Assembly (NCBI GenBank): GCA_043821485.1
Contig: JBDRCU010000037.1
Span: forward strand, 28,746 to 92,745
Reading direction: 5' to 3'
From: Parcubacteria group bacterium
GTDB lineage: Bacteria > Patescibacteriota > Minisyncoccia > 2-02-FULL-40-12 > IGHO2-01-FULL-4-A
DNA: 64,000 nt
Position 1 is the stretch's first letter. Every line of letters begins with the position of its first letter. The notes below the pieces were generated by a model. The model was not told the DNA's origin. It made no database searches and saw only the letters and a program-made list of their open reading frames with translations. Shown one piece after another: positions 55,660 to 64,000 of this stretch. Position numbers and translations under genes: made by a program.

Positions 55660-56658
55660 ATGATTAATTCCAATGCAAAATTGGCAATTGGTGTTTTTGG
55701 CAAGGAAACGCCTGAATTTATTCCCATACGAGATGGGTATGGCAAAGGCGTAGTTGAAGCCGGCCAAAAAGATGAACGCATAGTTGTACTATGCGCTGAT
55801 TTAACTGAATCTACCCGCTCTCATTGGTTTAAAGAACAATTCCCTGAGCGATTCATAGAAATGGGCGTTGCAGAACAAAATCTTGCAACAGTAGGTGCCG
55901 GACTTGCTGGTTACGGTAAAATTCCATTTATTGCATCCTATGCAACTTTTTCACCAGGAAGAAATTGGGAACAAATTCGAACAACTGCATGTCTTAATGA
56001 CTTACCTGTAAAAGTCGTTGGCGCACATGCAGGCGTTTCAGTTGGCCCGGACGGAGCAACGCATCAGGCGCTTGAAGACATAGCACTAATGCGCGTACTT
56101 CCCGGAATGACAGTAGTTATACCATGTGATGCAATTGAAACACACAAGGCAACACTAGCCCTTGCACATGACGATAAACATCCGGGATATTTAAGATTGG
56201 CCCGAGAGAAATCTCCAGTTATTACCACACAAGACACGCCATTTGAAATAGGGAAGGCAGAAATATTTAGAGAAGGAGATGACGTCACACTTATTGCTTG
56301 CGGACCTCTTGTGTATAATGCACTTGTTGCAGCAGAAGAATTATCCAAAGAAAACATCAATGCAACGGTGATTAATAATCACACGATCAAGCCCTTAGAT
56401 GAACAAACAATAATAGATTCCGCTAAAAAGACAGGAGCAGTAGTCACAATCGAAGAACATCAAATCGCAGGAGGTCTTGGTTCTGCAATTGCAGAATTGC
56501 TCAGCCAGCATCAGCCAACACCGCAAGAATTTATCGGTATGAAAGATACTTTTGGCGAATCAGGGACGCCAGAAGAACTCTACAAACACTTTGGTCTTGA
56601 TTCAGAATCTATAAAAGAAGCTGTTAAAAAAGTTTTATCCAGAAAACAAAACCTTTGA
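55660..56658 (+). CDS. Transketolase, C-terminal (pyrimidine-binding) subunit
   Basis: The motifs GVAEQNL and ...GPDGATHQ... are present. The product is 332 aa. Confidence 0.88.
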   Translation: MINSNAKLAIGVFGKETPEFIPIRDGYGKGVVEAGQKDERIVVLCADLTESTRSHWFKEQFPERFIEMGVAEQNLATVGAGLAGYGKIPFIASYATFSPGRNWEQIRTTACLNDLPVKVVGAHAGVSVGPDGATHQALEDIALMRVLPGMTVVIPCDAIETHKATLALAHDDKHPGYLRLAREKSPVITTQDTPFEIGKAEIFREGDDVTLIACGPLVYNALVAAEELSKENINATVINNHTIKPLDEQTIIDSAKKTGAVVTIEEHQIAGGLGSAIAELLSQHQPTPQEFIGMKDTFGESGTPEELYKHFGLDSESIKEAVKKVLSRKQNL

Positions 56659-56699
56659 TTTTTAATGACTTTTCTGCTATTTTACTGGAACAGAAATGA

Positions 56700-56772
56700 G
56701 GGCGTGTAGCTCAGCGGTAGTAGCGCGTCACTGATAATGACGAGGCCGCAGGTTCGATCCCTGCCACGCCCA
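56700..56772 (+). tRNA. tRNA-Ile (anticodon GAT)
   Basis: The acceptor is GGGCGTG/CACGCCC. The anticodon stem CGTCA/TGACG carries a CTGATAA loop. The T-arm is GCAGGTTCGATCCCTGC. Confidence 0.85.
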
Positions 56773-56841
56773 CCGCGAAAACAACAATCTTTATTGATTG
56801 TTGTTTTTGTTTATTTAACGTCATGCTATACTAAAATAACT

Positions 56842-57639
56842 ATGCTTAAAAAAACCACAAGACCAAAACCAAGTACAAAAGAAATGCGTGAAGGAAAATT
56901 TAATCTACCTGCTTCCAAACTTCAGCTCATAGAAGAAGACGCTCCAACAAGAGATTTTCGCTCTTCATTTCACTGGAGAGTATTTCGTATAATGGCTGAA
57001 TTTGTTGATGGCTGGCAATTCCTTGCAGATTTTAAACGATCCGTAACATTCTTTGGTTCAGCACGATTTAAACCCGAAAGTCCATGGTACCAGCAAGCTC
57101 GTGAACTCGCTAGCAAGTTAGCTGACGATGGTTTTGATGTCATTACAGGCGGAGGCCCGGGTATCATGGAAGCTGCAAACCAAGGAGCGCATGAGTCTCA
57201 CACTAATTCTCTTGGATTAATTGAAGACGACAGAAGAGGAGATTCAAGGGGCGATTCAATAGGATTAAACATCAGATTGCCATTCGAACAACGTATTAAT
57301 AAATATGTTGAGAAAGCAGTTGCCTTCCATTATTTCTTTGTACGAAAAGTAATGCTTACATATTATGCACAAGCCTACATCTATTTCCCCGGAGGATTTG
57401 GAACTCTGGACGAAGCATTTGAAGTTATAACCTTGGTACAAACAAAAAAGATACCTCGCATACCTATCGTATTTGTTGGCAAAGGCTACTGGGGGAAACT
57501 GGATGACTTTATGAAAAATACAGTATATGGCGAATACAAAGCAATAGACAAGGGAGATATGGACATTTATACCATTGTTGACACAGTTGAAGATGCCTAC
57601 AAGATTATAAAAAAATCCCCGCCAAGAAAGGTTTTCTGA
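56842..57639 (+). CDS. LOG-family protein (cytokinin riboside 5'-monophosphate phosphoribohydrolase-like; TIGR00730)
   Basis: The motifs VTFFGSAR and GGGPGIMEAANQGA are present. The start is taken at the ATG at 56842 to avoid overlap with tRNA-Ile. Confidence 0.8.
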   Translation: MLKKTTRPKPSTKEMREGKFNLPASKLQLIEEDAPTRDFRSSFHWRVFRIMAEFVDGWQFLADFKRSVTFFGSARFKPESPWYQQARELASKLADDGFDVITGGGPGIMEAANQGAHESHTNSLGLIEDDRRGDSRGDSIGLNIRLPFEQRINKYVEKAVAFHYFFVRKVMLTYYAQAYIYFPGGFGTLDEAFEVITLVQTKKIPRIPIVFVGKGYWGKLDDFMKNTVYGEYKAIDKGDMDIYTIVDTVEDAYKIIKKSPPRKVF

Positions 57640-57705
57640 TATCAAAAGCTTCCCCAAAAACTCAAAATGTGTTATAACATAAGACGCCCATAAAACATCT
57701 TATTA

Positions 57706-57778
57706 GGGCCCGTAGCTCAGTTGGTAGAGCGCCTCACTTGCACTGAGGAGGCCGGGGGTTCGAATCCTCTCGGGTCCA
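57706..57778 (+). tRNA. tRNA-Ala (anticodon TGC), with the G3:U70 identity pair
   Basis: The acceptor is GGGCCCG/CGGGTCC. The anticodon stem CCTCA/TGAGG carries a CTTGCAC loop. A TTCGAAT T-loop is present. Confidence 0.85.
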
Positions 57779-57780
57779 CG

Positions 57781-58104
57781 ATGAATGATAAGAAAAATAG
57801 AATTTGCGAAATTAATGTGCCAGTCAATGATAAATACTGGGATGGCTGGAGCGTACTCCACGTTTTTGTAGGAGTTCTATTGGCTTGGGTAATGAATCCA
57901 TTTATTGCGCTCTTTGTTATGATTTTGTACGAACCATTCGAAGTGCGTGTTATTTGTCCATGGATTTACAAACGCCATGGTATCGTTTTTGGAAACGAGT
58001 CTGCCAAAAATATCCTCATGGATATTATGTTTGATGCAATAGGTATCTTAATTGGCTTCTATATACTGCGAGGCGTTGTAAATTCCCCTTTCATCCTATT
58101 CTAA
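57781..58104 (+). CDS. Small membrane protein (107 aa)
   Basis: The ORF starts immediately after tRNA-Ala. Three TM helices are predicted. Confidence 0.4.
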   Translation: MNDKKNRICEINVPVNDKYWDGWSVLHVFVGVLLAWVMNPFIALFVMILYEPFEVRVICPWIYKRHGIVFGNESAKNILMDIMFDAIGILIGFYILRGVVNSPFILF

Positions 58105-58262
58105 TTATTCGAAGTAAGTGACCTCTAGATATCTTTAATCAAAGTTTTCCATACATCCCGAAACGGTCCACCATATTGAATTAGTCGCCTCGCTCTTGTT
58201 GACAATAGTATATGCATCATGCTAGTATTGTAATACAAATTATTACAGTAAGTAGAAGGAAT

Positions 58263-58469
58263 ATGCGAAATATCATCAATATATCTCTCCCCCCAAGTCT
58301 CGCACAAACCGTACACAAGGAAGTACGCCAGGGGAAATATGCCAGTACAAGCGAATTTTTTCGCTATCTTTTGCGCAGGCATCAACTGGCACAAGAACTT
58401 AAACAAGAACGAAAAATATTTGAAAAAGGCAAAGGGAAGACTCTCAAATCACTTCGAGTCCTGCGCTAA
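58263..58469 (+). CDS. Ribbon-helix-helix (CopG/ParD-like) antitoxin
   Basis: The N-terminal RHH pattern is MRNIINISLPPSLAQTVHKEVRQGKYASTSEFFRYLLRR. Confidence 0.7.
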   Translation: MRNIINISLPPSLAQTVHKEVRQGKYASTSEFFRYLLRRHQLAQELKQERKIFEKGKGKTLKSLRVLR

Positions 58470-58479
58470 ATTACAGAAT

Positions 58480-58734
58480 ATGAAAATTCTCTATTTGCCC
58501 AGATTTGCCCGAGAATACAAAAAGCTCCCTGAAAATATAAAAAAGCTTGCTGAAAAAAGAGAGACAAATTTCCGTAAAAATCCTTTTAACTCAATTCTAA
58601 AAACGCATAAACTGCATGGTGAACTATCAGAATTCTGGTCTTTTTCTATTAACTGGGAATATAGAATTATTTTTGATTTTGCAGACGAGAATACCGTGAG
58701 ATTCTATAGAATCGGAACTCATGACCTTTATTAA
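58480..58734 (+). CDS. RelE/ParE-superfamily toxin (mRNA interferase-like)
   Basis: The 84-aa product carries ...HKLHGELSEFWSFSINWEYRIIFDF...RIGTHDLY. It begins 11 nt after the antitoxin stop. Confidence 0.7.
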   Translation: MKILYLPRFAREYKKLPENIKKLAEKRETNFRKNPFNSILKTHKLHGELSEFWSFSINWEYRIIFDFADENTVRFYRIGTHDLY

Positions 58735-58803
58735 AATTAATTTACCAAACCAAGCCTACCTGAATATGCTATAATATCTATAAAGATACTTCGTATCGTT
58801 TTT

Positions 58804-59172
58804 ATGGTATTAGTTAAATATTTAATTTGGCACTATAGTATTGCACCGCGTAATATAGTGGCCATTATGCTTAATTATGTTGTGGGAACATGGCATAACT
58901 TTTTAATTGTTAGGCATCTGCGTACACTGTTTGCTCCTTGGCATAGAACAAAGCCCGAAGAAATTCTCAAACCCAAAACACTAGGAGATAAAATGGGCAA
59001 TTTTGTCGTAGATATTTTCATAAGACTCATAGCTGCAGTACTTCGCCTTGGGATCGTACTCACTGGTTTGATATATGAGATATTAATCATCGCTGTATTT
59101 ATTGTATTCCTGGTTGTGTGGTTAGCATGGCCTGCAATATTGGTCTTATCAATTAGACAATTTTTTGTATAA
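58804..59172 (+). CDS. Small membrane protein
   Basis: The 122-aa ORF has hydrophobic segments. Confidence 0.4.
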   Translation: MVLVKYLIWHYSIAPRNIVAIMLNYVVGTWHNFLIVRHLRTLFAPWHRTKPEEILKPKTLGDKMGNFVVDIFIRLIAAVLRLGIVLTGLIYEILIIAVFIVFLVVWLAWPAILVLSIRQFFV

Positions 59173-59178
59173 CGCAAC

Positions 59179-61677
59179 ATGAATACCAAAATATTCCAAT
59201 CAATAAAAACTTTCAAATACATTCCTCTGCGAGTAATCGTATTTTGGCGCATTGTGCTCCTTATCTTGGGCAGTGCAGGTTCAATCGGATATCTTGCTCG
59301 ATATTTTAATTATATAACTTTAGATTCCAACCTTATTGATCTCTCTACCTTCATCCTTCTTCCAATCGGAATCACAATTTTGTTCTTTGAAATCTTTTTA
59401 AAATTCCATATCATAGATCCCCCTATAAAAGACGATGCTTCTATTGAAGAACGCTTTGATTTCAATACACGAAAGATCCTTTATCACGCTTACAATATTC
59501 ATCCAAAAGGTGGCATAACAATACCAGATCTTACATTAGCACTCTTAAAAGATCCTTCTGCTCGAATCCTTTGGGCGCGCATGGGTATAAATCCTGCTGA
59601 TGTTGGGGAGTTCTTTGCTCAAAATATTAATCAGCACGAGACAAGTACTGAACAACAAAAAGACTATACCGATCTCATTGTAGCCCTAGATGTGATACGC
59701 GAGGATAGTAAATCCAAACGAATATACATGGCAGACCTCTTTGTGGTCCTTTTTGATCTTGATCCGCTATTACAACAATTCTTGCTTCAAGCCGATATCA
59801 GCAGGGAAGACCTGAGTTCCATAGCTACTTGGTATGATGCAAAAAAGCAATATATTCAACGCTCCAGACGCTTCTGGATGCGCGAGAGACAGCTTGAGAA
59901 GCGCCCAGTAGGTCTTGGCTGGGCATATGGCTATACACCCGCATTGAGCCGTTTTGCACATGATATTAGCGCCCAATTCGAGGGTACGGATAAGAAGCTC
60001 TGGCTTGTAGGACGCGAAGATGAATTAGTCCAAATAGAGCGTATCCTGTCAAGATCAAGAGAAAATAATGTCCTACTGGTTGGCCCTCCCGGAGTAGGAA
60101 AACAGACAACAGTTCATGGCCTGGCTCAACGCATAATACATAATCACAGTCTTCCTGGCCTTGCATATAAACGAGTATTTGAACTTGACGTAGCATCAAT
60201 CATGTCATCATCTTCTTCGCCTCAAGAAATCGAAGCTCTACTACTCACAGTTCTTCATGATGCTACCAAAGCGGGAAACATCATACTTTTCATAAATGAT
60301 TTTCAAAATGTAATCGGCCTTACTGACAGCATGGGCAGTACTGACATGTCAGAAATTTTAAAACCCTATCTTGAATCCAGTGCAATCCAAATCCTTGCAA
60401 CAATTGACGACGAACATTATCACACCATAGTTGAACGCAGACCGGACATACTTAAGGTTTTTGAAAAAATCGATATTGCAGAGCCTAACGAGACAGATAC
60501 AATACGTATTCTTCAAACTATGCTTCCGTACATGGAAGCTCATGAAAAAATATTAATTACGCATCAGGCATTAAGAGCTGTGGTTCTCAAATCGGGCGCA
60601 TTCATACAGGACAGGCCATTCCCTGAAAAAGCAATTGACCTGCTTACAGAAGTTGTAGCTGATGTTAAAACAGGAGACAGACAGCTTGTGCAGAAAGATG
60701 ATGTCGATAAAGTAATCAGTCAGAAGACGCACATTCCGCTTGGATCTCTCACAGAAGGCGAAAAAGAAAAACTTCAGCATCTCAAAGAACTTCTGCACGA
60801 AGATGTGGTCAATCAGGAACAAGCCGTGATAGAAGTCTCAAGAACAATTACCCGCTTGCGCGCAGGTATAACTAGCATAAAGAAGCCTGCCGGTAGTTTC
60901 CTATTTACCGGACCCACCGGAGTAGGCAAGACCTTAACTGCACGAACTCTTGCTAAAGTGTACTTCGGAAGCGAAGAGAATATGATACGTTTTGATATGT
61001 CAGAATATCAAAATTCGGATGCAATGGATCGCTTCCTTGGATCTCCTAAAACAGGAGAGGCGAGCCGATTCCTTAATGCAACCAGAGACAATCCTTATGC
61101 GGTATTACTTTTTGATGAATTCGAAAAAGCTCATCCGTCTATACATAATTTATTCTTACAAATTCTGGATGAAGGCTCTATGACAGATGCTTATGGCAAA
61201 AAAGTATCTCTCAAACAGCATATAATTATTGCTACATCGAATGCGGGGGCTGAACATATTCGTGAAATGATAAAACAGGATATTGATCCCGCATCAGAAC
61301 AAGCACAACTGATTGATTACCTATTACAAAACAGCCTATTCAGACCTGAACTTTTAAACAGGTTTGATGACGTTATAATATTTCATCCTTTAACTGATAA
61401 GCATCTCCACGAAGTTGCTTCGCGTCTTCTTGAAAAACTAGCCAAACGACTCAAAGAACAAAATTACTATCTAACTATTACTGCGGATTTAATTTCTTAC
61501 GTTGCACGCAAAGGATACAATCCACAGTTTGGCGCACGCCCTATGCAACGCTTAATACAAGATACCGCAGAGGTCTGGGTAGCAGAGGCAATACTCAATA
61601 AAAGAATCAAAAAAGGAGAGCAGTTTGAAATTGATATGAATGCTATGGAAAAGGGGCAACTGCATGATACACTGTAG
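59179..61677 (+). CDS. Clp-family AAA+ ATPase (ClpC/ClpB-like, two nucleotide-binding domains) with a hydrophobic N-terminus
   Basis: NBD1 Walker A is VLLVGPPGVGKQT. NBD2 Walker A is FLFTGPTGVGKT. NBD2 Walker B is LLFDEFEKAH. A sensor-2 GARPMQR motif is present. Residues 20-70 or so are hydrophobic. Confidence 0.88.
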   Translation: MNTKIFQSIKTFKYIPLRVIVFWRIVLLILGSAGSIGYLARYFNYITLDSNLIDLSTFILLPIGITILFFEIFLKFHIIDPPIKDDASIEERFDFNTRKILYHAYNIHPKGGITIPDLTLALLKDPSARILWARMGINPADVGEFFAQNINQHETSTEQQKDYTDLIVALDVIREDSKSKRIYMADLFVVLFDLDPLLQQFLLQADISREDLSSIATWYDAKKQYIQRSRRFWMRERQLEKRPVGLGWAYGYTPALSRFAHDISAQFEGTDKKLWLVGREDELVQIERILSRSRENNVLLVGPPGVGKQTTVHGLAQRIIHNHSLPGLAYKRVFELDVASIMSSSSSPQEIEALLLTVLHDATKAGNIILFINDFQNVIGLTDSMGSTDMSEILKPYLESSAIQILATIDDEHYHTIVERRPDILKVFEKIDIAEPNETDTIRILQTMLPYMEAHEKILITHQALRAVVLKSGAFIQDRPFPEKAIDLLTEVVADVKTGDRQLVQKDDVDKVISQKTHIPLGSLTEGEKEKLQHLKELLHEDVVNQEQAVIEVSRTITRLRAGITSIKKPAGSFLFTGPTGVGKTLTARTLAKVYFGSEENMIRFDMSEYQNSDAMDRFLGSPKTGEASRFLNATRDNPYAVLLFDEFEKAHPSIHNLFLQILDEGSMTDAYGKKVSLKQHIIIATSNAGAEHIREMIKQDIDPASEQAQLIDYLLQNSLFRPELLNRFDDVIIFHPLTDKHLHEVASRLLEKLAKRLKEQNYYLTITADLISYVARKGYNPQFGARPMQRLIQDTAEVWVAEAILNKRIKKGEQFEIDMNAMEKGQLHDTL

Positions 61678-61682
61678 CAACG

Positions 61683-63638
61683 TTGTTTTATCGCATGGAT
61701 AGAAAAGAAGCTATATTAAAAGATTTAAATAAAGAACAAATTAAAGCAGTCCAGACAATTACTGGACCTGTTTTAATTTTGGCTGGAGCTGGGTCAGGTA
61801 AGACCCGCGCTTTAACGCATAGAATTGCATACATGATAGAAGACGGAATAAGCCCTCATAATATTCTTGCTGTAACATTTACAAACAGAGCTGCGAAAGA
61901 GATGAAAGAACGTATTAACAAACTCTTGTCAGGCAAAGATAAGTCAGTCATGCCAGTAATAGGGACGTTTCATTCTGTATGTTTGCGCATACTGCGAGCC
62001 CAAGCACAACATCTTGGATATGATCCCGGTTTTGTAATATATGATACAGATGATCAAGTCAGTGTTGTAAAAAATATTCTGGAAAATCTTGGCATTGACC
62101 AAAAACGCTTTAAACCTCAAACAATGCTGAATAAAATTTCAACATTAAAAAATGAACTCATAACATCAGCAAAATTTGAACCAGAAGCAAATTCCTATAC
62201 ACAAAAGCTCCTTCAAACAATTTACGAAGCATACCAAGACACGCTTAAAAAAATGAATGCCATGGATTTTGATGATTTAATAATGAATTGCGTTCAATTA
62301 TTCCAAACCAATCCTGAAATTCTGGAAAAGTATCAGGACATGTTCAACTATATATTAATTGACGAATATCAGGACACCAATCATGCTCAATATGTTTGGG
62401 TTAAGCTCCTTGCACGCAAACACAGAAACGTTGCAGTCGTAGGCGACGATAATCAGAGTATTTACGGATGGAGGCAAGCCGACATACGGAATATTTTAGA
62501 TTTTGAAAAAGATTATCCGGAAGCCGTAGTCATTTCACTTGAACAGAATTACAGATCAACACAAACTATACTAGATGCAGCCAACAATGTTATTAGCAAC
62601 AACAAGATGCAGAAGCTAAAAAATCTTTGGACAGATAATTCCAAGGGCGAAGCTGTGATTATCAAAGAAGCCATGGACCATCATCAGGAAGCTAAATATA
62701 TAGTGGAAATGATACAAGGAAAACCCGAGATTCTGAAACATGGCGCAATCCTTTATCGCACTCATGCACAATCACGAAATCTTGAAGAAGCATTAGTCAG
62801 GCATGGAATTCCATATTCAATCTTTGGAGGCATTAAATTCTATGAAAGACGCGAAGTAAAAGACGTACTTGCTTATCTGCGCCTTACTCTTAATCCTCGC
62901 GATCAAGTTAGTTTTGGAAGAATCTATAACGTACCTACGCGCGGGCTTGGAGCTACAACTTACAAAAAACTCCTATCCATGGATCTGCCCCTTGATGAAT
63001 TACTTAGTTCAAACTTATTAGATAAGGAATTTAATAAAAAGCAGATTGAAAAACTTCATGCTTTAGATGAATTATTACAAAAGATAGGCAGTCAGGCTAA
63101 AACTATGCCTGCTTCAAAATTAGTCTTAAGTTTATTAAAACTGCTTGATTACAAGAGATATATAGATGACGGAACTCCGGAAGGAGAAGTTAGATGGGAT
63201 AATGTTAAAGAAATTATAACAGCAGCGCAAAAATATGATGAGATAGAACCGCCTCGCGGACTTGAGGCATTCCTTGAAGAAGTAGCTTTGCTTCAAGATA
63301 CGGATACAAAACGCGGACACGAGACAGGAATTCGCATGATGACCCTGCACTCTGCAAAAGGCCTTGAATTTGATACTGTATTTATGGTTGGTATGGAGGA
63401 AGGGATATTTCCTCATGCACGAAGCCTGTATGACGTGGACGAGCTTGAAGAAGAACGCCGTCTCTGTTATGTAGGGATTACACGGGCAGAGAGGGAACTC
63501 CATATGATCTATTGCAGACATAGAAATCTATACGGTTCTTATCAAATGAACCCTCCCTCAAGATTCATATTGGAAGTACCTGAAGAACTGATAGAATTTA
63601 AGCATATTGATGATGAGGACTATGTCGTTAAATATTAA
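61683..63638 (+). CDS. UvrD/PcrA/Rep-family DNA helicase
   Basis: Walker A LILAGAGSGKTRAL is present. The helicase motifs YILIDEYQDTN and VGDDNQSIYGWR are present. Confidence 0.92.
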   Translation: MFYRMDRKEAILKDLNKEQIKAVQTITGPVLILAGAGSGKTRALTHRIAYMIEDGISPHNILAVTFTNRAAKEMKERINKLLSGKDKSVMPVIGTFHSVCLRILRAQAQHLGYDPGFVIYDTDDQVSVVKNILENLGIDQKRFKPQTMLNKISTLKNELITSAKFEPEANSYTQKLLQTIYEAYQDTLKKMNAMDFDDLIMNCVQLFQTNPEILEKYQDMFNYILIDEYQDTNHAQYVWVKLLARKHRNVAVVGDDNQSIYGWRQADIRNILDFEKDYPEAVVISLEQNYRSTQTILDAANNVISNNKMQKLKNLWTDNSKGEAVIIKEAMDHHQEAKYIVEMIQGKPEILKHGAILYRTHAQSRNLEEALVRHGIPYSIFGGIKFYERREVKDVLAYLRLTLNPRDQVSFGRIYNVPTRGLGATTYKKLLSMDLPLDELLSSNLLDKEFNKKQIEKLHALDELLQKIGSQAKTMPASKLVLSLLKLLDYKRYIDDGTPEGEVRWDNVKEIITAAQKYDEIEPPRGLEAFLEEVALLQDTDTKRGHETGIRMMTLHSAKGLEFDTVFMVGMEEGIFPHARSLYDVDELEEERRLCYVGITRAERELHMIYCRHRNLYGSYQMNPPSRFILEVPEELIEFKHIDDEDYVVKY

Positions 63639-64000
63639 ACAAATTTTAAGAGAATTAAAGATAACTCCCAATAAACGACTGGGACAAAATTTTCTTATGA
63701 ACGAAGGAATCTACAAAAGACTCATTGATGCAGTAGAGCCAGTTGCGGGGGACACAATAGTTGAAGTGGGTCCCGGACTTGGAACACTCACTGAATACTT
63801 AGCACAAACAAATACGAATATATTAGCTATTGAGAAGGATGCAAAGCTAGCTCAATACCTTACTGAAAAATATGAGTCTCAAAATCGCGTCACAATAATC
63901 AAAGACGATATCCTTGAATTTGATCCAGCTAAATACGGCCTCAAGACAGACAAATACAAAATCGTCGGCAACATCCCTTATTATTTAACTACCCGCCTAT
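63622..64000 (+). CDS. rsmA: 16S rRNA (adenine1518/1519-N6)-dimethyltransferase RsmA/KsgA, partial; runs off the window end
   Basis: The motifs KRLGQNFLMNEG and VEVGPGLGTLTEYL are present. The start overlaps the helicase stop. Confidence 0.8.
   Translation, partial: MSLNIKQILRELKITPNKRLGQNFLMNEGIYKRLIDAVEPVAGDTIVEVGPGLGTLTEYLAQTNTNILAIEKDAKLAQYLTEKYESQNRVTIIKDDILEFDPAKYGLKTDKYKIVGNIPYYLTTRL

Noticed and set aside
58125-58406. 93-aa minus-strand ORF overlapping the RHH antitoxin.
   Set aside because: It is antisense to a canonical toxin-antitoxin pair and has no recognisable features.

Overview
This is an AT-rich (about 35-40% GC), gene-dense bacterial window, overwhelmingly housekeeping, and the overall gene set and style are consistent with a small-genome Candidate Phyla Radiation-like bacterium. 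It contains the following recognisable genes: parAB, folD, tsaC, secG, rnj, trpS, murC, ychF, fba, rpe, rpiB, trxB, sodA, dnaE, rpmF, nusB, rnc, rpsP-KH-trmD, rnhB, gap, a split transketolase, a Clp-type ATPase, uvrD/pcrA and rsmA. It also holds 6 tRNAs, a complete 16S rRNA with no 23S downstream, and a type IV pilin-like gene.

The 16S gene is interrupted near its 3' end by an intervening sequence of about 900 nt that encodes a LAGLIDADG homing endonuclease. A second, free-standing HTH-LAGLIDADG protein sits next to a tRNA-Ser, and an IS3-family element is inserted 5 nt downstream of that tRNA. Other accessory features are a RHH/RelE-type toxin-antitoxin pair, a Fic-domain protein and a polymerase-beta-type nucleotidyltransferase.

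The most striking feature is a set of six short GC-rich islands (about 50-60% GC) sitting in intergenic gaps at about 11.2, 12.9, 20.2, 23.2, 29.5 and 45.7 kb. Each is a self-contained cassette with a strong Shine-Dalgarno site, its own stem-loop terminator and, in one case, a consensus TTGACT-17-TATAAT promoter. They encode small unknown proteins, a lipoprotein, a cytidine-deaminase-fold protein and a secreted protein. The background genes mostly lack Shine-Dalgarno sites. I read the islands as a co-acquired foreign gene set, possibly from a high-GC donor, but I cannot name the system.

No CRISPR array was found.
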